Shown: positions 28,642 to 39,199 of the stretch, piece by piece
How the letters are laid out: every line of letters starts with the position of its first letter
Numbering within the stretch: the first letter of the stretch is position 1
Assembly: GCA_016930515.1 (NCBI GenBank)
Contig: JAFGGO010000182.1
Coordinates: 1-49,322 of the forward strand
Length of the DNA stretch: 49,322 nt
Direction: 5' to 3'
Source of the DNA: Promethearchaeota archaeon
GTDB lineage: Archaea > Asgardarchaeota > Lokiarchaeia > Sigyniarchaeales > SOKP01
Position numbers and translations under genes: made by a program
The notes under the pieces: generated by a model
What the model saw: the letters and a program-made list of their open reading frames with translations, nothing else
Database searches by the model: none
What the model was told of the DNA's origin: nothing

Positions 28642-29322
28642 ATGATGATAATTCTCTGTTTAGGTGATTCGCTCACGGCAGGTTATCCGGGATATGGTCC
28701 CGCAATTGATGGCATATCATATGGATATGGAAATGAGAAATCCCAATACGAATATTGGCTCGAAAAAATGTGCTATGAATATTCAATACAGAAAAATTGC
28801 TACTTATTAAAAGATAAATCTTACCATTTTTCATTCATTAACAAAGGAATCCCTGGCGAATTAACAAGCAACCTCTTAGAAAGAATAAATGTAGATTTAA
28901 TTAAAAATAAACCAAAACCAGATTATTCCATTATAATTGGAGGTACAAACGACTTGGGATGGGGTATATCTCCTGATCAGATAGCATTTAACATCAAGCA
29001 ATTACACGAAATCTCCCGAGAAGGAGATATTGTATCAATAGGATCGACCATTCCCCCTATCAGAAGGGAACAATCCAGCACGGAATATCGTCAGAAAAAA
29101 AATCAATTAAATAATTTACTCGTTGAATACTTTGTTGAAAATGGCATTTCTTTTGCTGATCTATATGTAGGCATGATGAATAAAAATGGAAACTTAAAAA
29201 AAGATTGCGCATATGTGGATGGACTCCATTTTTCGGAAGAAGGATACAAGCAGATGGGTATGATCTTGTTTAATGATGTTTTTAAAAATCTTCTTGACGA
29301 CAGGATTTTGAAAAGGAGATAG
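28642..29322 (+). CDS. SGNH/GDSL hydrolase
   Basis: GDSLTAG, NKGIPG, GGTND, DGLH blocks. Confidence 0.92.
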   Translation: MMIILCLGDSLTAGYPGYGPAIDGISYGYGNEKSQYEYWLEKMCYEYSIQKNCYLLKDKSYHFSFINKGIPGELTSNLLERINVDLIKNKPKPDYSIIIGGTNDLGWGISPDQIAFNIKQLHEISREGDIVSIGSTIPPIRREQSSTEYRQKKNQLNNLLVEYFVENGISFADLYVGMMNKNGNLKKDCAYVDGLHFSEEGYKQMGMILFNDVFKNLLDDRILKRR

Positions 29323-29656
29323 GAAAATCAGATCATGTAAAAGCGCGAGAATAAGTAATTAACATTTACAACAACAACAACATGAAATTTTGAATAGGGA
29401 ATAACTCGCGAGATTTTACATTTTCTGAAATTCCTTAATTTTATAATGGAAATGATCTATTTAAACCTTATCGTGAAGATCCAAAAGATTCAGAGCAGTA
29501 TTGTTCATTTCTTGAATTTGTCGATAAAAAAAGAGTCTTTTTTCATATAAAAAAAATTTCTCATTCATACTTTAAATAATGAGGATTTTCAGTTTAGAAA
29601 TTATAAATATTGAGAAATTATAAGAAGTAAAAATAATCCGACTAAAATTTTTTTTT

Positions 29657-29947
29657 TTAATCGGAAAAGTCATTTCTTGAACCCATGAGAGTCGTTGTTT
29701 CTTCTATCCAAGATCCAAGTTCTGGATCGACCCGACAAAAAGTCACAATCTTATCCAAGTCGTTTAACTTGCTGAAACTACACTCCACGATGAGATCCCA
29801 GCCACCGTAAACTGGGGTGGCGTAGGTTATTTTCCAATCTTCTCCAGGTTCGGTCGAAGTTTTTCCTCTCAATTTATTTACTATATCCCATTCCTTTCCA
29901 ATCAATTTAAGTCTCATTAATATATATCCACGATAGTAAATTTTCAA
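29657..29947 (-). CDS. Stand-alone Lrp/AsnC ligand-binding (RAM)-like domain protein
   Basis: 96 aa, VYGGWDLIVE...IEETTTL; no HTH; TTG start preceded by AGGTG. Confidence 0.65.
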   Translation of the reverse strand: MKIYYRGYILMRLKLIGKEWDIVNKLRGKTSTEPGEDWKITYATPVYGGWDLIVECSFSKLNDLDKIVTFCRVDPELGSWIEETTTLMGSRNDFSD

Positions 29948-30091
29948 AACACCTTTTAACCATATATATTATCTGTGTAGAATTTTTCGTATTTAATTTT
30001 TCTTGATAATGGTTTAATTTTTTTAAAAGCCAATATTGTATATATCTTAAACAAATGGAAATAAATTAAGTTTATTCTTTAGGTAAATAAC

Positions 30092-31870
30092 ATGGACGAG
30101 GACGAGATAAAAGACCTTATTTGGGATTTTTGCATGTTGGCTGCTTTAAAAAACGCATATCAGTTCGGAGGTACTCCAAATCCAGGTGCAGTTAAAGGGA
30201 AAGTAATGAAAGAATTTCCAGAATTAAGAAAGCTTGCCAATCAAGTCGACCCCTTCATTAAGGAGGTTTGCGAAGAAGTATCAAAGATGAATCTTGATGA
30301 ACAAAAACAATTGCTCTTGGAAATAGATCCAAAAGCGTTAGAAGGTGAGAAACCAACAGTGGAATTCAAGGAACTTCCCGAATTACCAAATCTGGATAAG
30401 TATGAAAAAGTCGTCATGCGTCTAGCACCATATCCAAGTGGCGCCTTGCATGTTGGAAACGCGAGAATGATTATCCTGAACGATGAATACGCAAAGAAGT
30501 ACAATGGCGAGCTCATTCTTTTTTTTGACGACACTATTGGAAGTCCTAAAGCATTGAGGGATACTTCTAAGGCAAAATATGTCCTACCCGAAGCGTATGG
30601 AATGATCGAAGAAGGATTAAAATGGTTAGGCGTGAAATATTCACAAGTATATTATAAGAGCGATCGCTTGGAGATCTTTTACGAATATTGTGAGAAATTA
30701 ATTAACGAAGGAATGGCTTATGTTTGTTTTTGCGATGCGGGTGTTTTTAAGAACGAATATAAGAATCATAGTAAATCATGTCCACATAGAGACTTATCGG
30801 TTGAAGAAAATCTCAAAGAATGGAAAAACATATTGGCAGGAAAATACGAGGAAATGTCGGTAGTCGTCAGGTTAAAAACGGGAATGGATCAAAAAGATCC
30901 TGCCCTAAGAGACCAAATTATCATGCGCATTTCCGAAGCAACACACCCTCGGGTTGGAAATAAGTATCAAGTATGGCCAATGTTGGAATTCTCATGGGCG
31001 ATCGACGATCACTTAATTGGCGTGAGTCATATCGTTCGAGGCGCCGATCTTGTCAAGGAAGACTTCATCGAAGACTTTGTTTGGGATCATTTCAAGTGGA
31101 AAAAAGCCGAATTCACGCATTATGGAAGGTTACGCTTTCCAGACATCAAATTGAGTAAGACTGAAGCGAGAAACAACATTCAGGCTGGAACTTACGACGG
31201 GTGGAATGACCCAAGGACCTGGAGCTTGCAGTCGCTTCAAAAGCGAGGAATCAAACCCGAAGCGCTCAGAGAATACTTGTTAGATCTCGGATTATCGATG
31301 TCAGGGATAAATTTCGATGTTAAGAAGCTTTACGCGAAAAACCAAGATATTATCGATCCAATAGCAGATAGGTATTTTTATGTCGAAGATCCCGTTGCGG
31401 TAACCATTGAAGGATTGCCAAAAGCGTTCGAAGCGTACGCCGAACCGTTATTATTACCATCTAATGTGAAAAAAGGAAAAAGAATTATCAAGGTCAAGGC
31501 AGACAACCACAATAAGCTTCATATATTTGTTGCACTCAAAGACGCTCAGAAAATGAAAGCAGGTCAAGTCGTACGCCTTAAAGATTTGCTCAACATACAG
31601 CTTCTCTCCATTAATCTAAAGAAGAAACAAATCCTAGCGTGTCACCACAGCATAGAACTCAGCAGGGATTATAAAATCATTCATTGGGTTCCAAAAGAAG
31701 ACCACATCAAAGTATCAATAATGAAAGTAGACGGAACCATCTCAAAGGGTTTCGGAGAGTCGAACCTGCTCAAGATTAAACTGAATAAAGTCATTCAATT
31801 CGAGCGGTATGGTTTCGTAAATCCGTTAAAACTAGAAAATAATGAACTTTATTGTTATTTCACGCATTAG
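30092..31870 (+). CDS. gltX: Glutamate--tRNA ligase, archaeal type
   Basis: RLAPYPSGALHVGN (HIGH), YKSDR, AYVC, HIVRG, KLSK, GWNDPR, QFERYGF. Confidence 0.97.
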   Translation: MDEDEIKDLIWDFCMLAALKNAYQFGGTPNPGAVKGKVMKEFPELRKLANQVDPFIKEVCEEVSKMNLDEQKQLLLEIDPKALEGEKPTVEFKELPELPNLDKYEKVVMRLAPYPSGALHVGNARMIILNDEYAKKYNGELILFFDDTIGSPKALRDTSKAKYVLPEAYGMIEEGLKWLGVKYSQVYYKSDRLEIFYEYCEKLINEGMAYVCFCDAGVFKNEYKNHSKSCPHRDLSVEENLKEWKNILAGKYEEMSVVVRLKTGMDQKDPALRDQIIMRISEATHPRVGNKYQVWPMLEFSWAIDDHLIGVSHIVRGADLVKEDFIEDFVWDHFKWKKAEFTHYGRLRFPDIKLSKTEARNNIQAGTYDGWNDPRTWSLQSLQKRGIKPEALREYLLDLGLSMSGINFDVKKLYAKNQDIIDPIADRYFYVEDPVAVTIEGLPKAFEAYAEPLLLPSNVKKGKRIIKVKADNHNKLHIFVALKDAQKMKAGQVVRLKDLLNIQLLSINLKKKQILACHHSIELSRDYKIIHWVPKEDHIKVSIMKVDGTISKGFGESNLLKIKLNKVIQFERYGFVNPLKLENNELYCYFTH

Positions 31871-31927
31871 AAATCTAACCATGATGCAAAAAGCACTATA
31901 AAAATATTTAACATTATTGATTAAAAA

Positions 31928-32944
31928 ATAAGCGAGGAGTCGAGAATTCGTAGGAAACAAAAATATTGTACGAACTGTGGAAGCAGAATACACGACGATC
32001 AACGCACCAAGTTCTGTACCGTTTGCGGAAAAAATTTGATTCTTCAATTATCGGGTGATATATCGCAAGATAAATCCTCCAATCAACACCACCAAAATAT
32101 TCAAGAGAGAAGTCCAAAAAAAGAATATCAGAACACATCATTACTATCTCGAGGGACATTATGGGGATTATTGCCCTCGTTAATAATCCCGATCGTGGCG
32201 CTTATTGCCATGCTTTTATCGTCAGAGCTTATTATAGCATTTATTTTATTAACCACAGCGAATTGGAGTCTTGTATTAGACTTGGCATCAAATCCACTTT
32301 TTTTATCCTTATTATCGCTTCTTGAATATATATTTTTATTAATTCCAATCGTACATGTTGGTAAATACCTCAGAGAACCGACCATTAAGAATCGATTAAA
32401 AATATTAGGATACACGCTTGAGGAACCAAAAGAATTCAATTTAGCAAAAGAGGCGTTAATAGGATTACTTTTAGCTTTATTTGCGGTTTTTATGGTCACG
32501 ATCATATCGATTCTCATGGAACTGATATTTAGTTCAGTCGAGATATCTGTTGACGATCCATTACTTGATTTAAATGCATATGAGTTGATATTGTGGATTT
32601 TTATAATGTTTTTAGTAATAGCCCCTTCCGAAGAAGTACTTTTTAGAGGATTTATGCAGAAGGGCTTTGTAAGGAGTAGGTTAGGAAACGCTCTTGGAAT
32701 CGTTTTCTCTGCGCTAATTTTTGCTTTTATTCACTTGTTAGCAACAATTCTCGATTTTGCTCTTAGTGGAATTTCGCTAGATGTTTTTATAGCTACTTTC
32801 GCGTCGCTCTTTGTGCCATATCTTGCGTTATCATTGTTACTTGGCCTCGTATTTCAATGGAGGAACGAAAACTTATACACTGTAACGATCATGCACGGCA
32901 CTTACAATTCCCTTCTCCTCTTATTAGGATTTTTATTCTTTTAA
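31928..32944 (+). CDS. CPBP (CAAX/Abi) intramembrane metalloprotease with an N-terminal zinc ribbon; start extended upstream
   Basis: EEVLFRG, FAFIH, HGTYN. The frame stays open upstream of 32036 through CTNCG...CTVCG back to ATA at 31928 (TAA at 31922). Confidence 0.85.
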   Translation: MSEESRIRRKQKYCTNCGSRIHDDQRTKFCTVCGKNLILQLSGDISQDKSSNQHHQNIQERSPKKEYQNTSLLSRGTLWGLLPSLIIPIVALIAMLLSSELIIAFILLTTANWSLVLDLASNPLFLSLLSLLEYIFLLIPIVHVGKYLREPTIKNRLKILGYTLEEPKEFNLAKEALIGLLLALFAVFMVTIISILMELIFSSVEISVDDPLLDLNAYELILWIFIMFLVIAPSEEVLFRGFMQKGFVRSRLGNALGIVFSALIFAFIHLLATILDFALSGISLDVFIATFASLFVPYLALSLLLGLVFQWRNENLYTVTIMHGTYNSLLLLLGFLFF

Positions 32945-32977
32945 TAATAAATACGAGATGAAAATATCATAAAAATA

Positions 32978-33829
32978 ATGGATATTTTTGAGGATCTTGC
33001 GAGGGAAAAACAAGCAACTATTGGAATAGGATTAGGGACGGATAAGGTACACAACCAAAAGCTTCTCGAAGTAGCAACATGTTTTTTAAAAGAAAGAAAG
33101 GCAAAAATTGTTTTGTTCGGAAAAGAAAACTCGATTGAACAAATTTCACAAGAAGAAGCAGATAAACTCGACAAAAACAGAAAAATAGAACTTGTTAGAA
33201 ACGAGAATCCAGAAAAATCAATCTTGAAATATTTAGTTAGAGATAAATTAAAGGCTGTCGTAAGAGGATCGTTGGAATCGAGCAAATTTCTTGCAAATAT
33301 CAAGGAAGATTTTCATGTTTTACATATTAATCGCCTCACGCTTTTAGAGACTGTTAAAGGACACCAATTTTTTTACGGCCCCGTTGGCATAGACGAGTGC
33401 AACGATTTCGATAAGAAAAAGGAATTCATCGAAAAATCATTAAGGGTTTTCAACTCGTTAAAAATCGATCCAAAAATAAGCGTTCTCTCGGGAGGCCGAA
33501 AAGGAGACTTGGGCAGGGACGAGATAGTGGATCGAACCATCGAAGTAGCTGATAAAGTTGTGGAGTATTTTAATAAAACCAATCCTGGGCTTAATATTGC
33601 TCACGACGAAATTCTCATCGAGCAAGCAATTCAGAAGAAATCAAATCTCGTTATAGCTCCTGAAGGCATATCAGGTAATTTAATTTATCGCACATTAGTT
33701 CATCTCGGAGGAGGAAAAGCATATGGCGCCATCTATATGGGATTGGAAAAAGTAATCATAGACACCTCCAGAGTAGGACCCCCATCAGAAATAATGGGCG
33801 CATTGTTGTTGGCTCTTTCTTTGAGTTAA
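32978..33829 (+). CDS. mtxX: MtxX / methanogenesis marker 4 family protein (phosphotransacetylase-like fold)
   Basis: AVVRGSL, GPVGIDE, VLSGGR, ILIE, APEGISGNLIYR, DTSR. Confidence 0.8.
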   Translation: MDIFEDLAREKQATIGIGLGTDKVHNQKLLEVATCFLKERKAKIVLFGKENSIEQISQEEADKLDKNRKIELVRNENPEKSILKYLVRDKLKAVVRGSLESSKFLANIKEDFHVLHINRLTLLETVKGHQFFYGPVGIDECNDFDKKKEFIEKSLRVFNSLKIDPKISVLSGGRKGDLGRDEIVDRTIEVADKVVEYFNKTNPGLNIAHDEILIEQAIQKKSNLVIAPEGISGNLIYRTLVHLGGGKAYGAIYMGLEKVIIDTSRVGPPSEIMGALLLALSLS

Positions 33830-34488
33830 TTCATTATCGAAATTTTTATCGTTATTGAAGTTACAACGAATAAAATTCCTATTTTTTTCCAGATAGAGAT
33901 TTATATTACTCTCTATTTTTTATTTTAAATAACAATTGAACAAAAAATTGCAAAAGGTTAAGTCTTCAAATAATGAAATAACAACAAAATCTGTTCTTGA
34001 AATTTTTTAACTCATCCTATTATGGAATTGATGTCGAACAATACAATTGGTCAACCCAACTTAGAAAAATTGTTCCCATGAAACAGAAACACGCTCCACT
34101 CCCAGAAGTATAACTTTTTTCAAAAGACATTATTTCTCCTAAAAATGCCTTCTACAATCCGTAAAACCCCCATAAAGAACCGAATCGAACAAACACAAAA
34201 AGACTTGCTAAAAATCGAAGAGAAACAAGTTTTTAGCGTCTCTGTGTCCTATTTCAATATTACCCATCCATCTCGATTTCCAATAATGTTTTAAGGAAAG
34301 TATATTTTATTAATGATGATTAAAAGTTCAAGGGATAATATTCAAATTATATTTTTAAATTACAATTCACATTGAGGACATCTAAACTATTAAATATAAA
34401 AGACTGAATTTTTTATGGTTTGTATTCTTATCAAAAGCAAATAAAAGAAATTGGAAAATTTGGGGGATCTATTAATAATACCTAAAAA

Positions 34489-35421
34489 ATGAAATATGTG
34501 TATGGTCCCGTACCCAGCAGGAGATTAGGAAGCTCGTTAGGAATTGATCCCATTCCTCTGAAGACATGTAATTATCAATGCGTTTATTGTCAATTGGGTA
34601 AAACCACCTGTTTTACCAACATGAGAAAAAATTACGCTCCAAAATTTGAGATCCTCCGGGAAATAGAGATTGCTCTTAAAATAAGTGAAAATATTGTTGA
34701 TTATATAACTTTTGTTGGCAGTGGAGAGCCAACACTCTATAAGGATTTAAAGGATTTAATCATTAAATTAAAGGAATTATCCAATAAACCCGTTTGTATA
34801 ATTACAAACGGAGGATTATTAAATAATAATCAAGTGCAAGAAGCGTTAATGCTTGCTGATGTGGTATTGCCAAGTTTAGACGGAGGAGATAAAGAAACAT
34901 TTTTAAAAATAAATCGACCACATCCCGCCATTAAATTCGATGAAGTTATTCAAGGTTTTATTGATTTTAAGAAATTTTTTAACGGTAAATTTTGGATAGA
35001 AATAATGCTCGTGAAAGGAATAAACGACTCAAAAGACCAATTACTTAAGATAAAAAATATAATTGACAAAATTGAGCCTGATAGAATTGATATCAATGTT
35101 CCAATTCGCCCTCCTGCAGAAAAATGGGTTAAAATTCCTGATGAAAAGATCATTTCGGTATTGGATGAAATTTTAGGAGACTACAACAATATTAATTTTC
35201 CTGAGATCGGAAATTTTGCTTATTATTCCTCTAATTTTGAAAAAGAGTTCTTATCACTCATTCAAAGGCATCCCATGAGGCAAGAACAGATCATAGAAAC
35301 ATTTACTTCTGAAGGACTAGATGGTGACGCAATTTTATCAAAGCTTCAAACGCTTGCTCATCAACAAAAGATTGAACGAATAGATTATTTGAATAGCACC
35401 TATTGGGAACTGAAGAGATAA
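34489..35421 (+). CDS. Radical SAM protein (COG0731-like, uncharacterised)
   Basis: YGPVPSRRLGSSLG, CNYQCVYCQLG, GSGEPTL, ITNG, INRP, GIND. Confidence 0.88.
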   Translation: MKYVYGPVPSRRLGSSLGIDPIPLKTCNYQCVYCQLGKTTCFTNMRKNYAPKFEILREIEIALKISENIVDYITFVGSGEPTLYKDLKDLIIKLKELSNKPVCIITNGGLLNNNQVQEALMLADVVLPSLDGGDKETFLKINRPHPAIKFDEVIQGFIDFKKFFNGKFWIEIMLVKGINDSKDQLLKIKNIIDKIEPDRIDINVPIRPPAEKWVKIPDEKIISVLDEILGDYNNINFPEIGNFAYYSSNFEKEFLSLIQRHPMRQEQIIETFTSEGLDGDAILSKLQTLAHQQKIERIDYLNSTYWELKR

Positions 35422-35499
35422 TGAAATGAACCATAATATAGGCATACATTGCGTGTTTACTTGTTTTTTATTCATTTGCCATGATATTTGACCGAAATT

Positions 35500-36274
35500 T
35501 TAAAGCAAGGCACTAAAAATCTTTTTAACTTCTTTGTAAGCCTCGTTATCAATAGATAGATTCAATAAATTTTCGTTCAATAGATTATATTTCATTAATT
35601 CATTATTATGAGGGATGAAACCTAATAATTGAAGTTCTGGATTGTTTAATTCATTGAGTTTCTGGATTAACACATCCTGGTTATCTGTGGAATATTGATT
35701 TCCCAAAACCCAATAATTCTCAAATTTCAATGACACTTCTTTTGAAATAACTAATATTCGCTCGAGTGTATGTATTGCCATCTTGCTTGGACCTACCACG
35801 ATGATTAAATCCGTCACATCTTTTCCCGTTTTTCGAGCAAAATGCTCTAAACCGGCAGGGCTATCAAAGAGTATGAAATCATAATCTTCTGAAATGATAT
35901 CAAGCGTGTTTTTCAAGACATTGTTGACCGAACAGTAACATCCTACCTTCGGAACGCCCCATTTCTAACAAGTCAAAATCCTTTGCGTGGATGATCGAAC
36001 CGAGAAGCTCGGCTTCAATTGCTTGCTTATTGCTGGTATATGGCGCTATGGTTTCTCGATTAATTTTATACATTACTGATTGCATTTTTCCAGCTATGGT
36101 ATCGTTAAAATTCAGACTCGTCCCTATTCTATCGGCGATATTAGCGTCAGGATCCGCGTCTATAACAATAATTCTATATTTTTTACTATTTTCAATCAAA
36201 GATTTGAGAAATAAAACCAACATTGTGGTTTTTCCAACGCCACCTTTTCCGCTAAATGCTATTATTTTTTTCAT
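35500..36274 (-). pseudogene. cooC: Frameshifted CooC/AcsF-type (MinD-like) nickel-insertion ATPase
   Basis: GKGGVGKTT, DADPDAN and MGRSEG in one frame; GCYCSVN...DSPAGLEH in another; junction at about 35944. Confidence 0.8.
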
Positions 36275-36407
36275 GTTATTTCTACTAGTTCGTAATTTAA
36301 TACAAAATTGATTATAGATTTAAATTAAACACATAAGATCTCTTCTAATTTCAATTTATAATTCTAAATATAACCGATTCTTTTGGGAAATTATATTTTT
36401 TTTGAAG

Positions 36408-36950
36408 TTATATTTGATTTAGACTAATGATTTGTTTGCTAATACGTTGGATATTTTTTAGCGCCTCTTCGTCTTTTAAAACATCTCCTTTATGAAAGCC
36501 AAATCCAAAAACACCGGCAACTTTATTTAGTTGCAATCTTGAGAGATATTCTTCCATTTCGTTTATACCCGCACCCAAATCACGCCTTCCAACTAATATA
36601 TAACTTCCTATTTTACCTGCTAACTGCCCTTTCCTTAAATGCCAAGTTCTTTCCATGAAAGCTCTTAAAGTTGCCGATATTCCTCCCATAAATATGGGAC
36701 TGGATAATATTATTACTTGGCTTTCTTTTAGCTTGCCGTACAATTCTTGCATATCATCTTCAATCGAACATTCGTCTTTATCAATGCAATGATAGCATTC
36801 CTTACATGGGCTAATGTCGTGTTCAGAAAGAAAAATTTTTTCAATTTCAAAATTATCCTCTAATAATTCTGCAAACTTATCAGTTAGCAATTTTGTATTT
36901 CCGTTCTTTCTCGGCGATCCCATAATAAAAAGCGCTTTCTTATTTTTCAT
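36408..36950 (-). CDS. Iron-sulfur flavoprotein / NADPH-dependent FMN reductase family
   Basis: GSPRKNGNT, CKECYHC...C..EDDM, SPIF, FMER. Confidence 0.88.
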   Translation of the reverse strand: MKNKKALFIMGSPRKNGNTKLLTDKFAELLEDNFEIEKIFLSEHDISPCKECYHCIDKDECSIEDDMQELYGKLKESQVIILSSPIFMGGISATLRAFMERTWHLRKGQLAGKIGSYILVGRRDLGAGINEMEEYLSRLQLNKVAGVFGFGFHKGDVLKDEEALKNIQRISKQIISLNQI

Positions 36951-37488
36951 AACTATCTCCCCAGCATATCACTAATTTATCTTTTTTTTTGCTATTATTT
37001 TTATTGTTACTTTCAATTATTCTTCTTTTTATAAGACTTGATGAATTTAATTCATATTTGCTGTAATATTGATTTAATCGCTTAATTTCAATGTGGTCCA
37101 AACCCTGTTTTTTCAGGTTTTGTTTTAAAAAATTAATATCAAATCCTTGATCTGGTCCTAATAGGATAATATCGGGATTAATTTCTGAAATTGAAAATAG
37201 AATTTTATCGTCATTCCTTCCTATTTGTGCAGTTTTTACTTTTTTCAAATTTTTTACGACTTCTAATCTTTGTTTTTCTGGTATTATCGGTGCTACTCCA
37301 GTAAATCTTTTTCTATTTTTATCCGTGGCAACAATCACATGAACTTCTCCTAATTTTGCAGCTTGATTGATTAGAAAGATATGTCCTGGATGTAAAATAT
37401 CAAAAGTTCCAGCAACAACTATTTTTTTACTGATCACTTGAAAATTTGACCCCATTTTTCTATTAGAATTAATCATCGCTATTATCAT
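36940..37488 (-). CDS. ribL: Archaeal FAD synthase (cytidyltransferase-like)
   Basis: AGTFDILHPGH, PDIILLGPDQ, SSSLIK. The start is probably a later Met. Confidence 0.8.
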   Translation of the reverse strand: MIIAMINSNRKMGSNFQVISKKIVVAGTFDILHPGHIFLINQAAKLGEVHVIVATDKNRKRFTGVAPIIPEKQRLEVVKNLKKVKTAQIGRNDDKILFSISEINPDIILLGPDQGFDINFLKQNLKKQGLDHIEIKRLNQYYSKYELNSSSLIKRRIIESNNKNNSKKKDKLVICWGDSYEK

Positions 37489-37562
37489 AGCTTCTGATGC
37501 AAAAAATTATCAATAGAAAGAAATGATTTAAGCATCAATTACTCAATATGGGTTAATAGGGA

Positions 37563-37907
37563 TTACATTTGTTTAATGATTTCTTTTAAAATGATTTCCC
37601 CAGTAGCACCAACCATTACGCCATTATTTACCATTGTTTCGCCCTCTACTTTAATGTCCTTATCTAAGAGTTGCCCATCCTTAAAAAATAATAATGTAGG
37701 TACTGCATAGATTTTCAATTTTTGACCTAACTCTCGGTTTTCATCAATGTTGATTTGAATCAAGTCTATTAAGCCACTATCTCGAATTTTTTCTAAGACA
37801 GGAGAAAGCAACTTGCAAGGACCGCACCAATTAGAAGATAAGTCAATTATTAATTTACCTTTATCAGGTCCTTCGATTCCATATTTTTCTAGATCTTTTA
37901 TATTCAT
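37563..37907 (-). CDS. trxA: Thioredoxin
   Basis: WCGPC active site, AVPTLLFFKDG. Confidence 0.88.
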   Translation of the reverse strand: MNIKDLEKYGIEGPDKGKLIIDLSSNWCGPCKLLSPVLEKIRDSGLIDLIQINIDENRELGQKLKIYAVPTLLFFKDGQLLDKDIKVEGETMVNNGVMVGATGEIILKEIIKQM

Positions 37908-38160
37908 TCGATAAACCTCAATTTAACAGAATTCATAATTTCTTGCATTTTACTCCTCAAATGCATTCATGTGCAAATTATGTTTTTCTGAATAATTATT
38001 CGCAATTATAATTCTATATAGAAATTGCATGCTTTCTTTTTAAACTTTCTGAATATAAATTCAATAATTTTTTGAAATAAAGAGTCAATACTTTTGAAAT
38101 CAGATAATAATTTCGATAATAAATCTGAGAGTTTTTGTTGGATTTTAAAAAATCCATAGA

Positions 38161-38769
38161 TTAATTTTCAAATTCAGGATGGTTGGCATCTATACAAGGA
38201 TGAGTACGAATATCTGAGTTGTTGAAAGTAGTCGGATCGCTTAATTTAGCGTCATTTCTCATATTTTTAAACCTATCCATTAAAACATACATCCAATCCG
38301 CTAGTTTAACATTTAAAGGCGAATCTGAAAATGGTAGATGTGGTTTAATGTCTATCACGGGAGTGTCGTTTATGGCGTCCAACCCTTCAACAACGAGAAT
38401 AGCTGCGTTTTTATATAATAATCTAACGGTTGTCTTGCAAATTGGATTGGGTCTTACAGGAGAGCGCGTGGCAAAAATACCTTTCAATGGCATTTCCATC
38501 AGTCCTCCAGGGTGTACTCTTTTAATTTGACGAGCCTCATCAGGAACCCCGTTAGTCCAAAAAATTACAATGATGTGAGAAAAGTCTTCAATCCCATCCA
38601 AGCAGTCGATATATTCCTCGTTTATTACAATTTGAGAAGTTTTTAAATCTCTTACTTGATTTTCTGTCGTTTGGAGATCTAATTTTATATCCTTGTTCGA
38701 ATATTTTAAGATCGCCTCGTTCATCGTGCTCTTTACGAATCCTATTGGTTTTATGGTGTATTCCTTCAA
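38161..38769 (-). CDS. trmO: tRNA m6t6A37 methyltransferase, TrmO/TsaA family
   Basis: KPIGFV, LDGIEDFSH, GIFATRSPVRPNPI, GLDAINDTPVIDIKP. Confidence 0.88.
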   Translation of the reverse strand: MKEYTIKPIGFVKSTMNEAILKYSNKDIKLDLQTTENQVRDLKTSQIVINEEYIDCLDGIEDFSHIIVIFWTNGVPDEARQIKRVHPGGLMEMPLKGIFATRSPVRPNPICKTTVRLLYKNAAILVVEGLDAINDTPVIDIKPHLPFSDSPLNVKLADWMYVLMDRFKNMRNDAKLSDPTTFNNSDIRTHPCIDANHPEFEN

Positions 38770-39199
38770 GATGAAATTACTCCACTTGCTCTAAATCGCT
38801 GGTCATACTATCTTATAGTTTAGTATTATTATTAAGTTATTAGCTTTTTTAAAAGACTAACAGTTAAAATAGGATCTTAGAAGCTTTATCTAGATATTCT
38901 ATTTTTTAAAAGAATCTTATTAACTGATAATTCCCATTTGTTTGTGTCCCATAATGTTCTGACACTTTTTATGTTAACTTAAAGATTTTACTACAATAAT
39001 ATTGTAGTATTATTCAAAACAATATTAAAGAGCGTGAAACTCTGCTTTCACGAAAAAAATCTTCAATTGATTTGAGAAGTTATTTCAAAATGTTAGGAGG
39101 TAAAAACCTAATTAGATAAATTAAAAATCCATTAAAACAAATTCCCTCAAGATTTTTTCTTTACCTCCACTAAAAGATGATACTACAAGCCAACAAGCT

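Noticed and set aside
29323-29656. Short (ACA)n run and a possible gene remnant
   Set aside because: The repeat is very short and the reading frames are interrupted with no recognisable motif.
33830-34488. Possible decayed gene or transposase remnant in a 650-bp gap
   Set aside because: Only short open frames; no terminal inverted repeats or catalytic motifs that I could identify.
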